The translations under genes and the position numbers were made by a program. The notes under the pieces were generated by a model that searched no databases, had not been told where the DNA came from, and was given only the letters and a program-made list of their open reading frames with translations. A stretch of 31,169 nucleotides of DNA from Candidatus Jordarchaeales archaeon (GTDB taxonomy: Archaea > Asgardarchaeota > Jordiarchaeia > Jordiarchaeales > Freyrarchaeaceae), in contig JAWAHN010000003.1 in assembly GCA_038889235.1 (NCBI GenBank), positions 22,437 to 53,605 of the forward strand. Direction: 5' to 3'. This document shows, piece by piece, positions 9,520 through 18,403 of this stretch (its first letter is position 1; each line of letters begins with the position of its first letter).

Positions 9520-10566
9520 ATGTCATTTCTTAAGCCTCCATCTCCCGATGAGGTCTTCTCGATATGGGTTAGCGGGATGAGAGATGACGAGGTCGAGGAG
9601 CTTTTCGCCCGAAAGGATATGCCGTTCGATAGGTCAAGCGTGTCTGCCGCGGAATTTGTTAAGGAAGTTGACAGGAAGATCGCAGTATTTTTCATGTCAA
9701 AGGTTGAAACCGAAAGTTTAGAGTCTGAAAAGAAGGAGAGCAACTACGAAGGACTGCTAAAAGTTAAATTCTACGAGTTCCCTAAGGGGAAGGTTTCACC
9801 CGAACTCAAGCTAGACTCTAGGCTCCCCATGTTCAACTCGCTAGAGAAAGTTGAGTGCTCTGAATGTGCCGGTAAAGGCTATCTCGAGTGCGATAAGTGC
9901 GGTGGAAAAGGAACTTTACCTTGCAGTGAATGTGGCGAGAGCGGAGAGGTTTCTTGCGATGAGTGTGATGGATCCAAAGAGATTACGCTAACCCTGAGCG
10001 TTATTTCGAATGGAGAGGAAGTGGAGAAGGAGCTGAAAATCCAGTGCCCCACGTGCTTCGGCTCCGGAAAAGTGGTGTGTGGCAAGTGTGGCGGGCTCAC
10101 CAAGCTCGTCTGCAACGAGTGCGAAGGAGACGGCAAGTTCCCCTGCAAGAAGTGTAAAGGCGCCGGCATTGTTTTCTCATACAGCATCTCGCCCCCGCCT
10201 GTTTCAGGGAAAAAAGCTTACCTCATATACTCTAAGCCCGAGATAGATGAAGCTTTATCAGAAATGCTGGTGGATAAGATAAGCCAGCTTGAAGCCGTAA
10301 AGGTGAACGACTACAAACAACTTAACAAAGACGACCTAGAAGCCCTGCTCGGCTTCTACAACAAGGACGTAGACAGTAAAGCCAGCAGGGCGAGGAAACT
10401 TTTCGCTGAACTCGAAAAGAAAGCCGACAAGACTGGTGAAACACCACTCTACCCAATATACATATTCCCGATAGTAAGGCTGGACGTAGAAACAGTCAAA
10501 GGGAAAAGAATACAAGTGTTTGCGGTGGGGGGCGAGAAAAACTACACCACAATCACACTGCGATGA
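9520..10566 (+). CDS. DnaJ-type cysteine-rich zinc-finger-like protein lacking a J domain
   Basis: Eight CxxC motifs (CSEC, CDKC, CSEC, CDEC, CPTC, CGKC, CNEC, CKKC), several in CxxCxGxG-like context. ATG 9520 follows GGGGGGG. Confidence 0.8.
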   Translation: MSFLKPPSPDEVFSIWVSGMRDDEVEELFARKDMPFDRSSVSAAEFVKEVDRKIAVFFMSKVETESLESEKKESNYEGLLKVKFYEFPKGKVSPELKLDSRLPMFNSLEKVECSECAGKGYLECDKCGGKGTLPCSECGESGEVSCDECDGSKEITLTLSVISNGEEVEKELKIQCPTCFGSGKVVCGKCGGLTKLVCNECEGDGKFPCKKCKGAGIVFSYSISPPPVSGKKAYLIYSKPEIDEALSEMLVDKISQLEAVKVNDYKQLNKDDLEALLGFYNKDVDSKASRARKLFAELEKKADKTGETPLYPIYIFPIVRLDVETVKGKRIQVFAVGGEKNYTTITLR

Positions 10567-10786
10567 AATCAACCTCCCCTTTTTCGACTACGAACAGCCC
10601 CCCACAAAAAGGGGACAACATCTTTCCCTCCCTTAGGAAAAGCAAGTTGGACCATCAAAGGAAATGGCGAAAGGAATAACGCTTTTAAGATAGACGCTAG
10701 GCAGCTTTCAGCAGAGTTTTTATATATCTTAAAGGTGAGGTTTCTTGAAAAAGGTAATCAGTTAAACCTCCGTTGGAGGATTAGGC

Positions 10787-11182
10787 GTGGATTTAGACAA
10801 AGCAATCGTGGTAGTCGCTAGGCGCATGAATAAACGCGCAGAGGAGCTGAGAGGGAGAACTCCAATTGTCGAGGTAATCGATCATGTTATGAGCGAAACT
10901 AAGTGTAAGAATTATGAAGAATTCTTTAGAATTCTTCTTGAGAATCCAAGGGTGCTTTATGATCTGGCTTCACTAAGAGTGAAAAACGCGATAGTTGACT
11001 CGTTTTTAAGCATGTTGTTCACGGAAATTTTCTCGAGGTTTGGCTTAGGAGAGTTGGGCCCCCTCCTCCTCGAAGCTATAAAAGCCGGGGACAAGGCAGA
11101 AGTCAAAAAGATTTTTCTGAAAGTTGCTGAAGCCGTGAAGGAAGCAGAAGAGAAAGAAAGTAAAACCTCTATCGAAACATAA
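10787..11182 (+). CDS. Hypothetical alpha-helical protein
   Basis: 131-aa ORF, GTG start, TTGGAGGA upstream, TATA-like TTTTTATATATC near 10715, plausible soluble helical composition. Confidence 0.6.
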   Translation: MDLDKAIVVVARRMNKRAEELRGRTPIVEVIDHVMSETKCKNYEEFFRILLENPRVLYDLASLRVKNAIVDSFLSMLFTEIFSRFGLGELGPLLLEAIKAGDKAEVKKIFLKVAEAVKEAEEKESKTSIET

Positions 11183-11730
11183 TTTTTCTCTTACCTTTTG
11201 CTCATTACGAAAAAGGGAAGGGGGCTTGAATGCTCCTCAGCTCGCCGGGCTAGAAAGTGGCCACCAAGCTTTGGTGTAAGTGAAGCTTAAATTAGTCGAC
11301 TTCGTTGTCATGTTGCTTACATGGGAAGCTTTGTCCGCGAATGTAATTTTAGAAAAACAGGAAACATTCTCTTGCCTGCTTAAGGCTTAACTTGGCATTG
11401 CTGAGATTTTCTTGAGGCAAGCGTTCTTCTGTCGGAGCTGTGTCACTCAACCCGGCGCTTGTTCTTTCAACCATACGAGCTTTAACGAGCGAAAACTTGC
11501 TTCCAAGTACATTTCCGTCTCTCTCACAATTCCTCGTATTGCAGCGACTTATAGGCGTCCCGGCGTTTGCTGTTTTTCCAGAAGTGCTACTGAAGTTTCA
11601 CCTGTTTTAATTTCTTTTGCAGCCCTCATACGCTGCTTCCTGAGCTTGGGTCTTCTGAGGACATTTTCCAGCGCGCATGTGATACCGTTCGTTTGGAAAT
11701 GTCGTTTCACACTGTTCGAATTAAGACGTA

Positions 11731-11776
11731 AAATTTAAAACTTTGGTAATACTTTTTTGTAAAACAGTAATATCAA
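11731..11776 (+). promoter_or_regulatory. Candidate promoter and dyad operator upstream of an ECF S component
   Basis: TATA-like AAATTTAAAA (11731-11740) followed by TTGGTAATAC-N14-GTAATATCAA (11743-11776). Half-sites differ by one base each from those at 17613-17644. Confidence 0.4.
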
Positions 11777-11777
11777 T

Positions 11778-12572
11778 ATGAGGGTGTGCACCGTGCGCGG
11801 CTACTTTACGACGCGAGACCTAGCATACGTGTCCGTCACAACCGTGATGGTCTACGTGGTTGCTTTTGTGGCCATAATGAGTGTTTCGGCGTTCACAGCA
11901 TTTCCGGGAGCTAAGTCCATCGCGTCAGCCTTCTTCACGGCGATAGTGCTCGCCTTGGGCGCCATGAGGGTCAGAAAAATCGGAGTGATGAGCTTCGTAA
12001 CACTCCTGTGGGGCCTAATAAGCGCCTTCCTCTTCCCAGCAGTCCCCATACTCCTCCCCGCTACGCTAAGTGGTGGAGTAGCCGCAGACATCCTAGTCTT
12101 CCTTCTCAGAAAGGACTACTCAAGTGAGAGCGCGACCACCATTGCTTGCGGCGTCAGAAGCGGCGTCTCAACGCTCGTTGTGCTGTTGCTGGTGCTGGTT
12201 TTCGGCTCAAGCTCGCTTAGAGGCGCACCGCTCATCTTCCAATTATATGGTGCCACGCTGAGAGTGCAGGCTTTCCTCATGTTCATCAGTTTGGCGGGTG
12301 TTCCACCAGATGTCGCGTCGCTCTTCGGAGTGATTCTTACCGTGGGTGTTCTAGGCGCCTTCATGCCGAACTTGGGTGTTCCGGGGGAAATTGTGGCGTT
12401 TGCCGCGCCACTCCTGAAATTGCTAGGTGTTCAGGCTGGTGGCGTTGAAGCAGTGTTAACCCCATCGCTGATCGTCGTTATTTCGGCTCTTTGCTTCGCT
12501 CTTGGAGCCGCTGGCGGGTATGTTGGGGCACGCATAGGCAGGGAGCTTAAACTCGCGGGGGTTTACAGGTGA
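11778..12572 (+). CDS. Putative ECF transporter substrate-binding (S) component, substrate unknown
   Basis: 264-aa polytopic membrane protein directly upstream of, and overlapping ATGA-style with, EcfT- and EcfA-like genes. Confidence 0.65.
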   Translation: MRVCTVRGYFTTRDLAYVSVTTVMVYVVAFVAIMSVSAFTAFPGAKSIASAFFTAIVLALGAMRVRKIGVMSFVTLLWGLISAFLFPAVPILLPATLSGGVAADILVFLLRKDYSSESATTIACGVRSGVSTLVVLLLVLVFGSSSLRGAPLIFQLYGATLRVQAFLMFISLAGVPPDVASLFGVILTVGVLGAFMPNLGVPGEIVAFAAPLLKLLGVQAGGVEAVLTPSLIVVISALCFALGAAGGYVGARIGRELKLAGVYR

Positions 12573-13339
12573 TGCTGAGAGGGCTTCAGCTGACTAGCAC
12601 TAACACGTTTCTTAACGGCGTCGATCCGAGAGTCAAACTAGTGTTCGTTGCGGCTGTGAGTGTACTAAGTCTCGCTTTGAGCTCCTTTACCTCCCTTCTT
12701 TTTCTAGCACTGCTTCCAACTCTCACTCTGTCACTCGCTAGGGCGCTTGGCAGGGCTAGATTCTTCATTGTTTCGTTTCTCGTATTTTCTGCTCTGAGCG
12801 TTTTCGTTGTCTACCTTTTGAGGTTTGGCAGCGCTCTGGAATTTGCCAAGTTCTTTGTTAGGGTCTTCGCAGTGATGAACGCCGGCTTGTTCTTCGCTTT
12901 TACCACCTCACCCAACAAGTTTTCTAGGGGGCTTGAAAAGCTAAAGGTTCCGCGTTCAGTCTCCTTCACACTCACATTAACTATCAGGTTTATCCCTGTC
13001 TTTTTAAAGGAGGCGGAAGAAGTGTTGTCATCGTTGAAGGTGAGGGGGGTGAAGCTTGGGATAAGGGGGTTCATCAAAAACCCGAAGGTAGTATTACGGT
13101 CCTTGACCATACCTCTTATTGTACGCATGGTAAAAACCTCGGACGACCTGGCATCCGCCCTGGAGTCTAGAGGGTTTGGAAGCCCAGCTAAGAAGACCAG
13201 CCTTCACGAGGTGAAGGTAGGGAAGGTTGACTTAGCCTTCCTGTCCATCACTATGGCTTTCCTCGTCTCCCTCCTCTTGTTGGACCCATCCTTCTTCAGC
13301 TTTCTCGACTTTACAGCTTTCTGGAGGTTTATGGTTTGA
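12569..13339 (+). CDS. ECF transporter transmembrane (T) component
   Basis: 256 aa. N-terminal LNGVDPRVKLV, and the two coupling motifs SLKVRGVK and ALESRGFGSP. Confidence 0.88.
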   Translation: MMLRGLQLTSTNTFLNGVDPRVKLVFVAAVSVLSLALSSFTSLLFLALLPTLTLSLARALGRARFFIVSFLVFSALSVFVVYLLRFGSALEFAKFFVRVFAVMNAGLFFAFTTSPNKFSRGLEKLKVPRSVSFTLTLTIRFIPVFLKEAEEVLSSLKVRGVKLGIRGFIKNPKVVLRSLTIPLIVRMVKTSDDLASALESRGFGSPAKKTSLHEVKVGKVDLAFLSITMAFLVSLLLLDPSFFSFLDFTAFWRFMV

Positions 13340-14991
13340 GCGTTGAGGTCGAGCGTTTAAGTTATCGCTATCCCAACGCGGAAAGTGACTCGCTCGTCAA
13401 CGTCGACTTGAAGGTTAGTAGAGGAGAGTTCGTTCTCCTCGTTGGTAGAAGCGGTTGCGGTAAGACGACGCTGGCTAGGTGCATCAACGGACTTATACCA
13501 CACGTGTTCAAGGGCGAACTCAGGGGGGTAGTTAGAGTTGACGGGGTCAACGTGGCTGAGACTCCCGTGTATGAGATGGCTAAACTCGTCGGCATGGTTT
13601 TTCAGAACCCTGACACTCAGCTCTGCACGTTAACTGTGGAAGACGAGGTTGCCTTCGGCCCTGAGAACATTGGAGTTGAGAGAAGCGAAATTGAGGAGAG
13701 GGTTAAGTGGTCTCTTTCAAGTTTAGGGTTGGAAGGTCTTAGGTGGCGGAGCACTTTCAGTTTGTCCGATGGAGAAAAACAAAGGGTGGCTGTGGCGGCC
13801 GCCCTATCCATGCTTCCAAAGGTTCTAGTGCTTGATGAGCCAACGGCGAACCTCGACCCGAAAGCCTCCGAGATGCTCGTCGACACACTGAGAAAGTTGA
13901 GAGACAAGTATGATACCACGATTATACTAGTTGAGCACAGAGTTGACAGGTTCATTGAAGCGGCTGACAGAGTTGTCGTGATGGATTCAGGGAGAATAGT
14001 CGAAGACGGGCCTCCAGAAGTTGTAGTCAGGAAGGCCGACGTATTGGAGAAGTTGGGAATTCGAGTGCCTGAAGTCGTCGAGCTGTGTAAAGCGGTTGGG
14101 ATACCCCTAAACGGGGGGTTAGACGAACTTAGGTTCCTGGCCTTAGAGAGGATGAGGGAGCTGAGAGAGGCGAGCTTCGTCAACGACTGTTCGAGTCGCG
14201 GCGAGGAAATCCTGAGAATGGAGGATGTTGTGCTCAGTTACGGCGGTGTGTTCAGCCTTAGAGTTGACTTCTTCTCATTGTGCAGGGGGGAAGTTGTTGC
14301 TGTTATAGGTGGTAACGGCTCAGGAAAGACGACTCTCGCCAAGCTCATAGCTGGGCTCGTGAAGCCGAAAAAGGGTAGCATAAAAAGAGCGAAGGGTCTT
14401 AGGGTTGGGATGGTTTTCCAGAACTTCGAGGTTCAACTTTTCAGAAGTTCTGTCTTCGACGAGGTTGCCTTTCAACTCACCGAGAAGCTAGACCCAAACC
14501 ACGTTAAACGTAGGGTGGAATCCGTCCTGGCGGAGATGGGGCTCCTAAGTCTAATCGGCAGACACCCTCACTCCTTGAGCCAGGGTGAGAAGCAGAGAGT
14601 AGTCATAGCGTCTTTGATCGTCGACCCGCCGGACATACTCATACTCGACGAGCCGACAACAGGACAGGACGGGCATCACCTCAAAATACTGGAGGAAGCG
14701 GTGAAGAAAATGAAGATGAGCGGCGTGGCCACCGTTGTCATAACACACGACTTGTCCTTCGCCGCAAGGGTGGCAGAGCGGGCGGCGGTGGTGAGCGGCG
14801 GGAGAATCGCGATGACAGGAGACATCAGAGACATTTTGTACAAAATAGACGAGCTTGCAGGCTTCACCCCTCCAGAAACCGTTAAACTAGCGAGGGAAGC
14901 GGGATTAAGAGGGATTATTAAGCCAGGGGACTTTCAGGGTGTGTTCTGCAGCAAAGATGTGAGGAGTAGTATCGTCCAATGGGGTTATTAA
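13336..14991 (+). CDS. ECF transporter ATPase with two fused ABC domains
   Basis: 551 aa with two Walker A motifs (GRSGCGKTT, GGNGSGKTT), two signatures (LSDGEKQR, LSQGEKQR) and two Walker B motifs (VLVLDEPTANLD, ILILDEPTTGQD). TTG start overlaps the T gene. Confidence 0.94.
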   Translation: MSVEVERLSYRYPNAESDSLVNVDLKVSRGEFVLLVGRSGCGKTTLARCINGLIPHVFKGELRGVVRVDGVNVAETPVYEMAKLVGMVFQNPDTQLCTLTVEDEVAFGPENIGVERSEIEERVKWSLSSLGLEGLRWRSTFSLSDGEKQRVAVAAALSMLPKVLVLDEPTANLDPKASEMLVDTLRKLRDKYDTTIILVEHRVDRFIEAADRVVVMDSGRIVEDGPPEVVVRKADVLEKLGIRVPEVVELCKAVGIPLNGGLDELRFLALERMRELREASFVNDCSSRGEEILRMEDVVLSYGGVFSLRVDFFSLCRGEVVAVIGGNGSGKTTLAKLIAGLVKPKKGSIKRAKGLRVGMVFQNFEVQLFRSSVFDEVAFQLTEKLDPNHVKRRVESVLAEMGLLSLIGRHPHSLSQGEKQRVVIASLIVDPPDILILDEPTTGQDGHHLKILEEAVKKMKMSGVATVVITHDLSFAARVAERAAVVSGGRIAMTGDIRDILYKIDELAGFTPPETVKLAREAGLRGIIKPGDFQGVFCSKDVRSSIVQWGY

Positions 14992-15260
14992 GAAAAGTTA
15001 CCCGCCTCCAAGCATGAAAGGGAAGAGCGCAAGGCGCTCCCCGTCATAGATTGACGAAAGCACCTATCCACCACAACCCCACCTTCGAATGCTGGGCGAA
15101 ACCCTTCCCAATTTTCTGGCTTCGACGCCATGAACAACTTTTAGTTGAGAAACAGCTGGGTTAAACAGCATTCACGTGCTCCTCTCTAGTTATGGCAGCA
15201 TTTCACCTTTTACATCGTTCATCCCGTTAGTTACGCCGTTTGTCGATTTCCTCTGAAGGA

Positions 15261-15300
15261 GCCCGGGGTGTTGGAAGGCGAAAGTAGCCGCTACCCGGGC
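15261..15300. terminator. GC-rich hairpin between convergent genes
   Basis: Perfect GCCCGGG ... CCCGGGC (15261-15267 / 15294-15300) with an inner GGC/GCC pairing. Located between the 3' ends of the ecfA-like gene and the amidotransferase. Confidence 0.3.
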
Positions 15301-15315
15301 GCTTACCCCTTTTTC

Positions 15316-16140
15316 CTAGCTGGAAAATATCATTCGTCCATTCACGAACACGAGGAGTTTTCCCGGCTCGACCGACCTCCACTTTTCGTTAGTGAGGTAT
15401 ACTGGTTTAGGTGAGTAGTTGAGGGAGAGAGTTGTCACCAGGACGCCTTGCAGGCCTTTTTCCTTCCCTTCTTGCAGGATGACTTCTTCCTCACTGTCTA
15501 TTAGTCGCGTAGTTGGGAACGGCGCCATCCTAAAGGTTAACGCCATGCCATTGTAGCCTTCACTGTCATGGTAGACGAAAAGGTGTTCCCCGTCGCTCAT
15601 GGCGCAGTTGAGGAAAAAGTATTCGTTGATCTCGGCGAGCTTGTCTGCGAGCCACGAGAAGCCGTCTTCATCCCACGTCTCCACTCCACTCTCCATGCAG
15701 GCGAGAAGGTGGCAGAAAATGTACTCAGAACCCGTCTCGCCGTACGGTTTAAAATTTCCCAGCGGAAACCTCCTCTTAAACTCCAACCTTCTAAAGTTCC
15801 GCTTGAGGGAGCCGTTGTGCGCGAAAACATAGGTTTTGCCCTTCAGCTCCCTGCGAAAAGGGTGGGTGTTCTCGCAAGATGGGGGAGATAAACGCATGTT
15901 TGACGCGCGGCGAACGTGTGCAACAAAAATTTTGGATCGCACTTGCACGTCGGTTATCAGTGAGGTAAAAAGCCTGCTTTCCAGCGCCGTAGCAGGCTCC
16001 TTAACCACCCGCGCGGCTCCATCCTGGTACCATGCAACACCCCACCCATGCCAGTTAAACTTGCCCTTCACTCTAAAACCCCTAAGAGAGAAAGAAGCTG
16101 TAACAGGCTTATTGAAGCACATCGCTAGGAGGTCACACAA
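15316..16140 (-). CDS. Class-II glutamine amidotransferase (GATase type 4, YafJ-like)
   Basis: MCDLLAMCFNKPV N-terminus with catalytic Cys2, HGWGVAWYQDG, FVAHVRRAS, HPFRRELKGKTYVFAHNGSL. Confidence 0.9.
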   Translation of the reverse strand: MCDLLAMCFNKPVTASFSLRGFRVKGKFNWHGWGVAWYQDGAARVVKEPATALESRLFTSLITDVQVRSKIFVAHVRRASNMRLSPPSCENTHPFRRELKGKTYVFAHNGSLKRNFRRLEFKRRFPLGNFKPYGETGSEYIFCHLLACMESGVETWDEDGFSWLADKLAEINEYFFLNCAMSDGEHLFVYHDSEGYNGMALTFRMAPFPTTRLIDSEEEVILQEGKEKGLQGVLVTTLSLNYSPKPVYLTNEKWRSVEPGKLLVFVNGRMIFSS

Positions 16141-16560
16141 GCCACGACCCCCTGAAAACTAACACTTTCAAGCTTCTCATTAAAGGCCTCTCTTAAATAG
16201 TTGTGCCCAACTATTTTCAAGGCTCCTCCTCTACCGTGTTTTGCCACATTTCGAGGTGTCATGTCCTAGTAAGAAAGTTTCTCGTTGACAGGAAGGCTGA
16301 GCTCAGCCGCGCCCCAAACCATAAAGGCTCAAACTTCTCAGCCTACCGCAGATAAAAGGCTTCTTCCCAGAGCTAGATAGGCATAGAAAAGTAGTAGACC
16401 TAGAAGCAATAAGCAGAGCGCACAACTAAAGTGAGGGTAGGCTGCATGTGAACCTCCTAATAACTGAGCCCCATTTTTTAAAGTGACCCTTTCAATCCTA
16501 CCGCTAGGTGCTTCGAAGACTCGACTTACACGCTGAAAGTCAAACTGGCGTTACGGAACA

Positions 16561-17385
16561 GTGGGCCCCTTGCCCAAAAGGTCAAAGGCGAGGGTGCCAC
16601 GTACCTCTGCTGAGCCCTCTCCAGGGGGCGTAAAGCTTGTATTCCTCGCCGCCGCCTTTCTTGGTGGCTGGTGGTGGCGTTTGCAGGGAGAAAACCTATC
16701 GTCGCTGAAGAGGATAATCGACGAACACATGAAAATGGTTTCAGGGTTAAAGGAGCACTGCGAAAGGTGCCTTAGGACTGAAAGGTGGGGTGGGAGCGTC
16801 GTGCTCATGGTTGTCGATGCAGCCTTCACCTCGATAGGGCTAAACTATTTCACAGCGGTTGTGCCAAAAGTCGAAGAGTTCAGTAGAAGGTTTGTTGAAA
16901 CGGGGCGTATAACCCGCTTAAGGGACCTCGCAGAATCCAGCTTAGAGGAGCTCACAGCCGTCTGGCGCAACAAGAGATCGCTAATGGTTGCCAAAGAAGT
17001 AGCAGCCTACCTTTCAACCTTGAGCGAGGACGACAGGGAGGCTTTAAGAAGCTGGGCTAGGAGTGCAAGAATAGAGGAGTGGAAGCGCGACCCCATAGGA
17101 AGAATAAAGGGGGTCGGCTTAGTCACATTCCAATACCTGAGGATGATGGGTGGAATAGACACGGTGATGCCCGACAAGATAGTCAAAAGAGTGATAAACG
17201 GGATACTTGCAGAAGCAGGGCTTAAACCTGTCGAAGACGACCTAGAATTCGTGAGAACAGTGGAGCGGCTGGCTGTTGTGTGCGGTTACAGGCCAATAGA
17301 GCTCTGCTGGATGACGTGGCTCATACAACCAGAAGGAAAAAAGATGAGGATGGAAAAATACGCCCCACTACTCCAAAAAATATGA
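16561..17385 (+). CDS. Helix-hairpin-helix type protein, HhH-GPD-like, function unknown
   Basis: 274-aa ORF. C-terminal IKGVGLVTFQYLRMMGGIDTVMPDKIVKRVI resembles an HhH-GPD core. The true start may lie downstream, because the first 35-45 residues look poorly conserved in style. Confidence 0.5.
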   Translation: MGPLPKRSKARVPRTSAEPSPGGVKLVFLAAAFLGGWWWRLQGENLSSLKRIIDEHMKMVSGLKEHCERCLRTERWGGSVVLMVVDAAFTSIGLNYFTAVVPKVEEFSRRFVETGRITRLRDLAESSLEELTAVWRNKRSLMVAKEVAAYLSTLSEDDREALRSWARSARIEEWKRDPIGRIKGVGLVTFQYLRMMGGIDTVMPDKIVKRVINGILAEAGLKPVEDDLEFVRTVERLAVVCGYRPIELCWMTWLIQPEGKKMRMEKYAPLLQKI

Positions 17386-17600
17386 CCGAGAACGGTGGAC
17401 CCCCTTAAAAGAAGCACCTCCAGCTCAATGGATGAAACACACCTTGAAACTCCACCTCAACCCCCCGTGCTTCCATAGGTTCATCGAAAGCTGCAAATAC
17501 GCTTGAAGCGCAACTCTTTCTGAGGGGTTATAGTGGCAGGCTGCCCGGCCCTCCGCCTGCTTGTTTAAAGAGGGCTCCGCGGGCCATGTGAGGAAAAGTT

Positions 17601-17644
17601 TATAAAACATTTGGTATTACTTTAAGACAAAAAAGTAATACCAA
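17601..17644 (+). promoter_or_regulatory. TATA box plus perfect dyad operator (NikR-like candidate) upstream of cbiM
   Basis: TATA-like TTTATAAAAC (17601-17610), then TTGGTATTACTTT-N6-AAAGTAATACCAA (17613-17644), 13-bp perfect arms. Confidence 0.6.
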
Positions 17645-17658
17645 GGTAGGGTGGTAGA

Positions 17659-18402
17659 GTGCACATACCCGATGGGTTCCTCGACCTGGGAGTAACTATG
17701 GTGTGCGCGGCGATCTCGGCGGCTTTCATCGTGATAGGGGTTATTCAGGCAAAGCGATACATGGACGAAAGACACGTCCCCTTAATGGCTGTATTGACGG
17801 CCGGAGTCTTCGCAGCCCAGCTGCTCAACTTCCCGATAATAGGCGGGACAAGCGGGCACCTGGTTGGAGGAACACTGCTAGCGGTCTTTCTAGGACCCCT
17901 CGGCGCTCTCCTTTCCATGACCGTCATCCTAGCAGTCCAAGCTCTCTTCTTCGGTGACGGTGGCATCACAGCCCTAGGGGCTAACATACTGAACATGGGC
18001 GTCATAGGAGGCATCATAGGCTACTACGTTTACATCTTAGTTAGAAGGCTGGTGGGCAAAGGTGGATGGGGTGTAAGGATCGGAGCAGCTGTAGGCTCAT
18101 ACATCTCGGTAGTCCTAGGAGCCATAGCCTGCGGGGTTGAACTAGGTGTCTCGTCGCTCTTCCCCTTCCCCACCTGGATCACGGTTCCAGTGATGACGGG
18201 GTGGCACATGGTGATAGGGATTGGAGAAGCGCTGATAACCTTAGTTGTCATCGAGTACGTCCTTAGGGCTAGGCCGGACATGCTAGCCCTCCCTAAGGTA
18301 GGCTTCCGCGGCCTGCTAAAAGGCGTTAAAAGTGAGGAGCTGGAGGCGATGGAGAAAAAGGAGCTTGAAACCGTGACCGGAAAAGTGGCTGGAGGGGGTT
18401 AA
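17659..18402 (+). CDS. cbiM: Cobalt/nickel ECF transporter S component, CbiM/NikM family
   Basis: Starts MHIPDGFLD (metal-binding N-terminus), PLMAVLTAGVFAAQLLNFPI, GTSGHLVGG, GDGGITALGANILNMG. Confidence 0.96.
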   Translation: MHIPDGFLDLGVTMVCAAISAAFIVIGVIQAKRYMDERHVPLMAVLTAGVFAAQLLNFPIIGGTSGHLVGGTLLAVFLGPLGALLSMTVILAVQALFFGDGGITALGANILNMGVIGGIIGYYVYILVRRLVGKGGWGVRIGAAVGSYISVVLGAIACGVELGVSSLFPFPTWITVPVMTGWHMVIGIGEALITLVVIEYVLRARPDMLALPKVGFRGLLKGVKSEELEAMEKKELETVTGKVAGGG

Positions 18403-18403
18403 T

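Noticed and set aside
9879-10187. His/Pro/Ser-rich 102-aa minus-strand ORF
   Set aside because: Produced by the repeated CxxCxG codons of the opposite strand, not an independent gene.
11412-11738. 108-aa plus-strand ORF in the intergenic gap
   Set aside because: Composition not protein-like and no clear start context.
13617-14183. 188-aa ORF on the minus strand
   Set aside because: Low-complexity Ser/Thr/Leu-rich antisense shadow inside the fused EcfA gene.
16295-16308. Perfect 14-bp palindrome GGCTGAGCTCAGCC
   Set aside because: Isolated, no associated promoter or repeat; could occur by chance in this GC-rich gap.
17425-17610. 61-aa minus-strand ORF upstream of cbiM
   Set aside because: Lies over the cbiM promoter region, no homology recognised, non-convincing composition.
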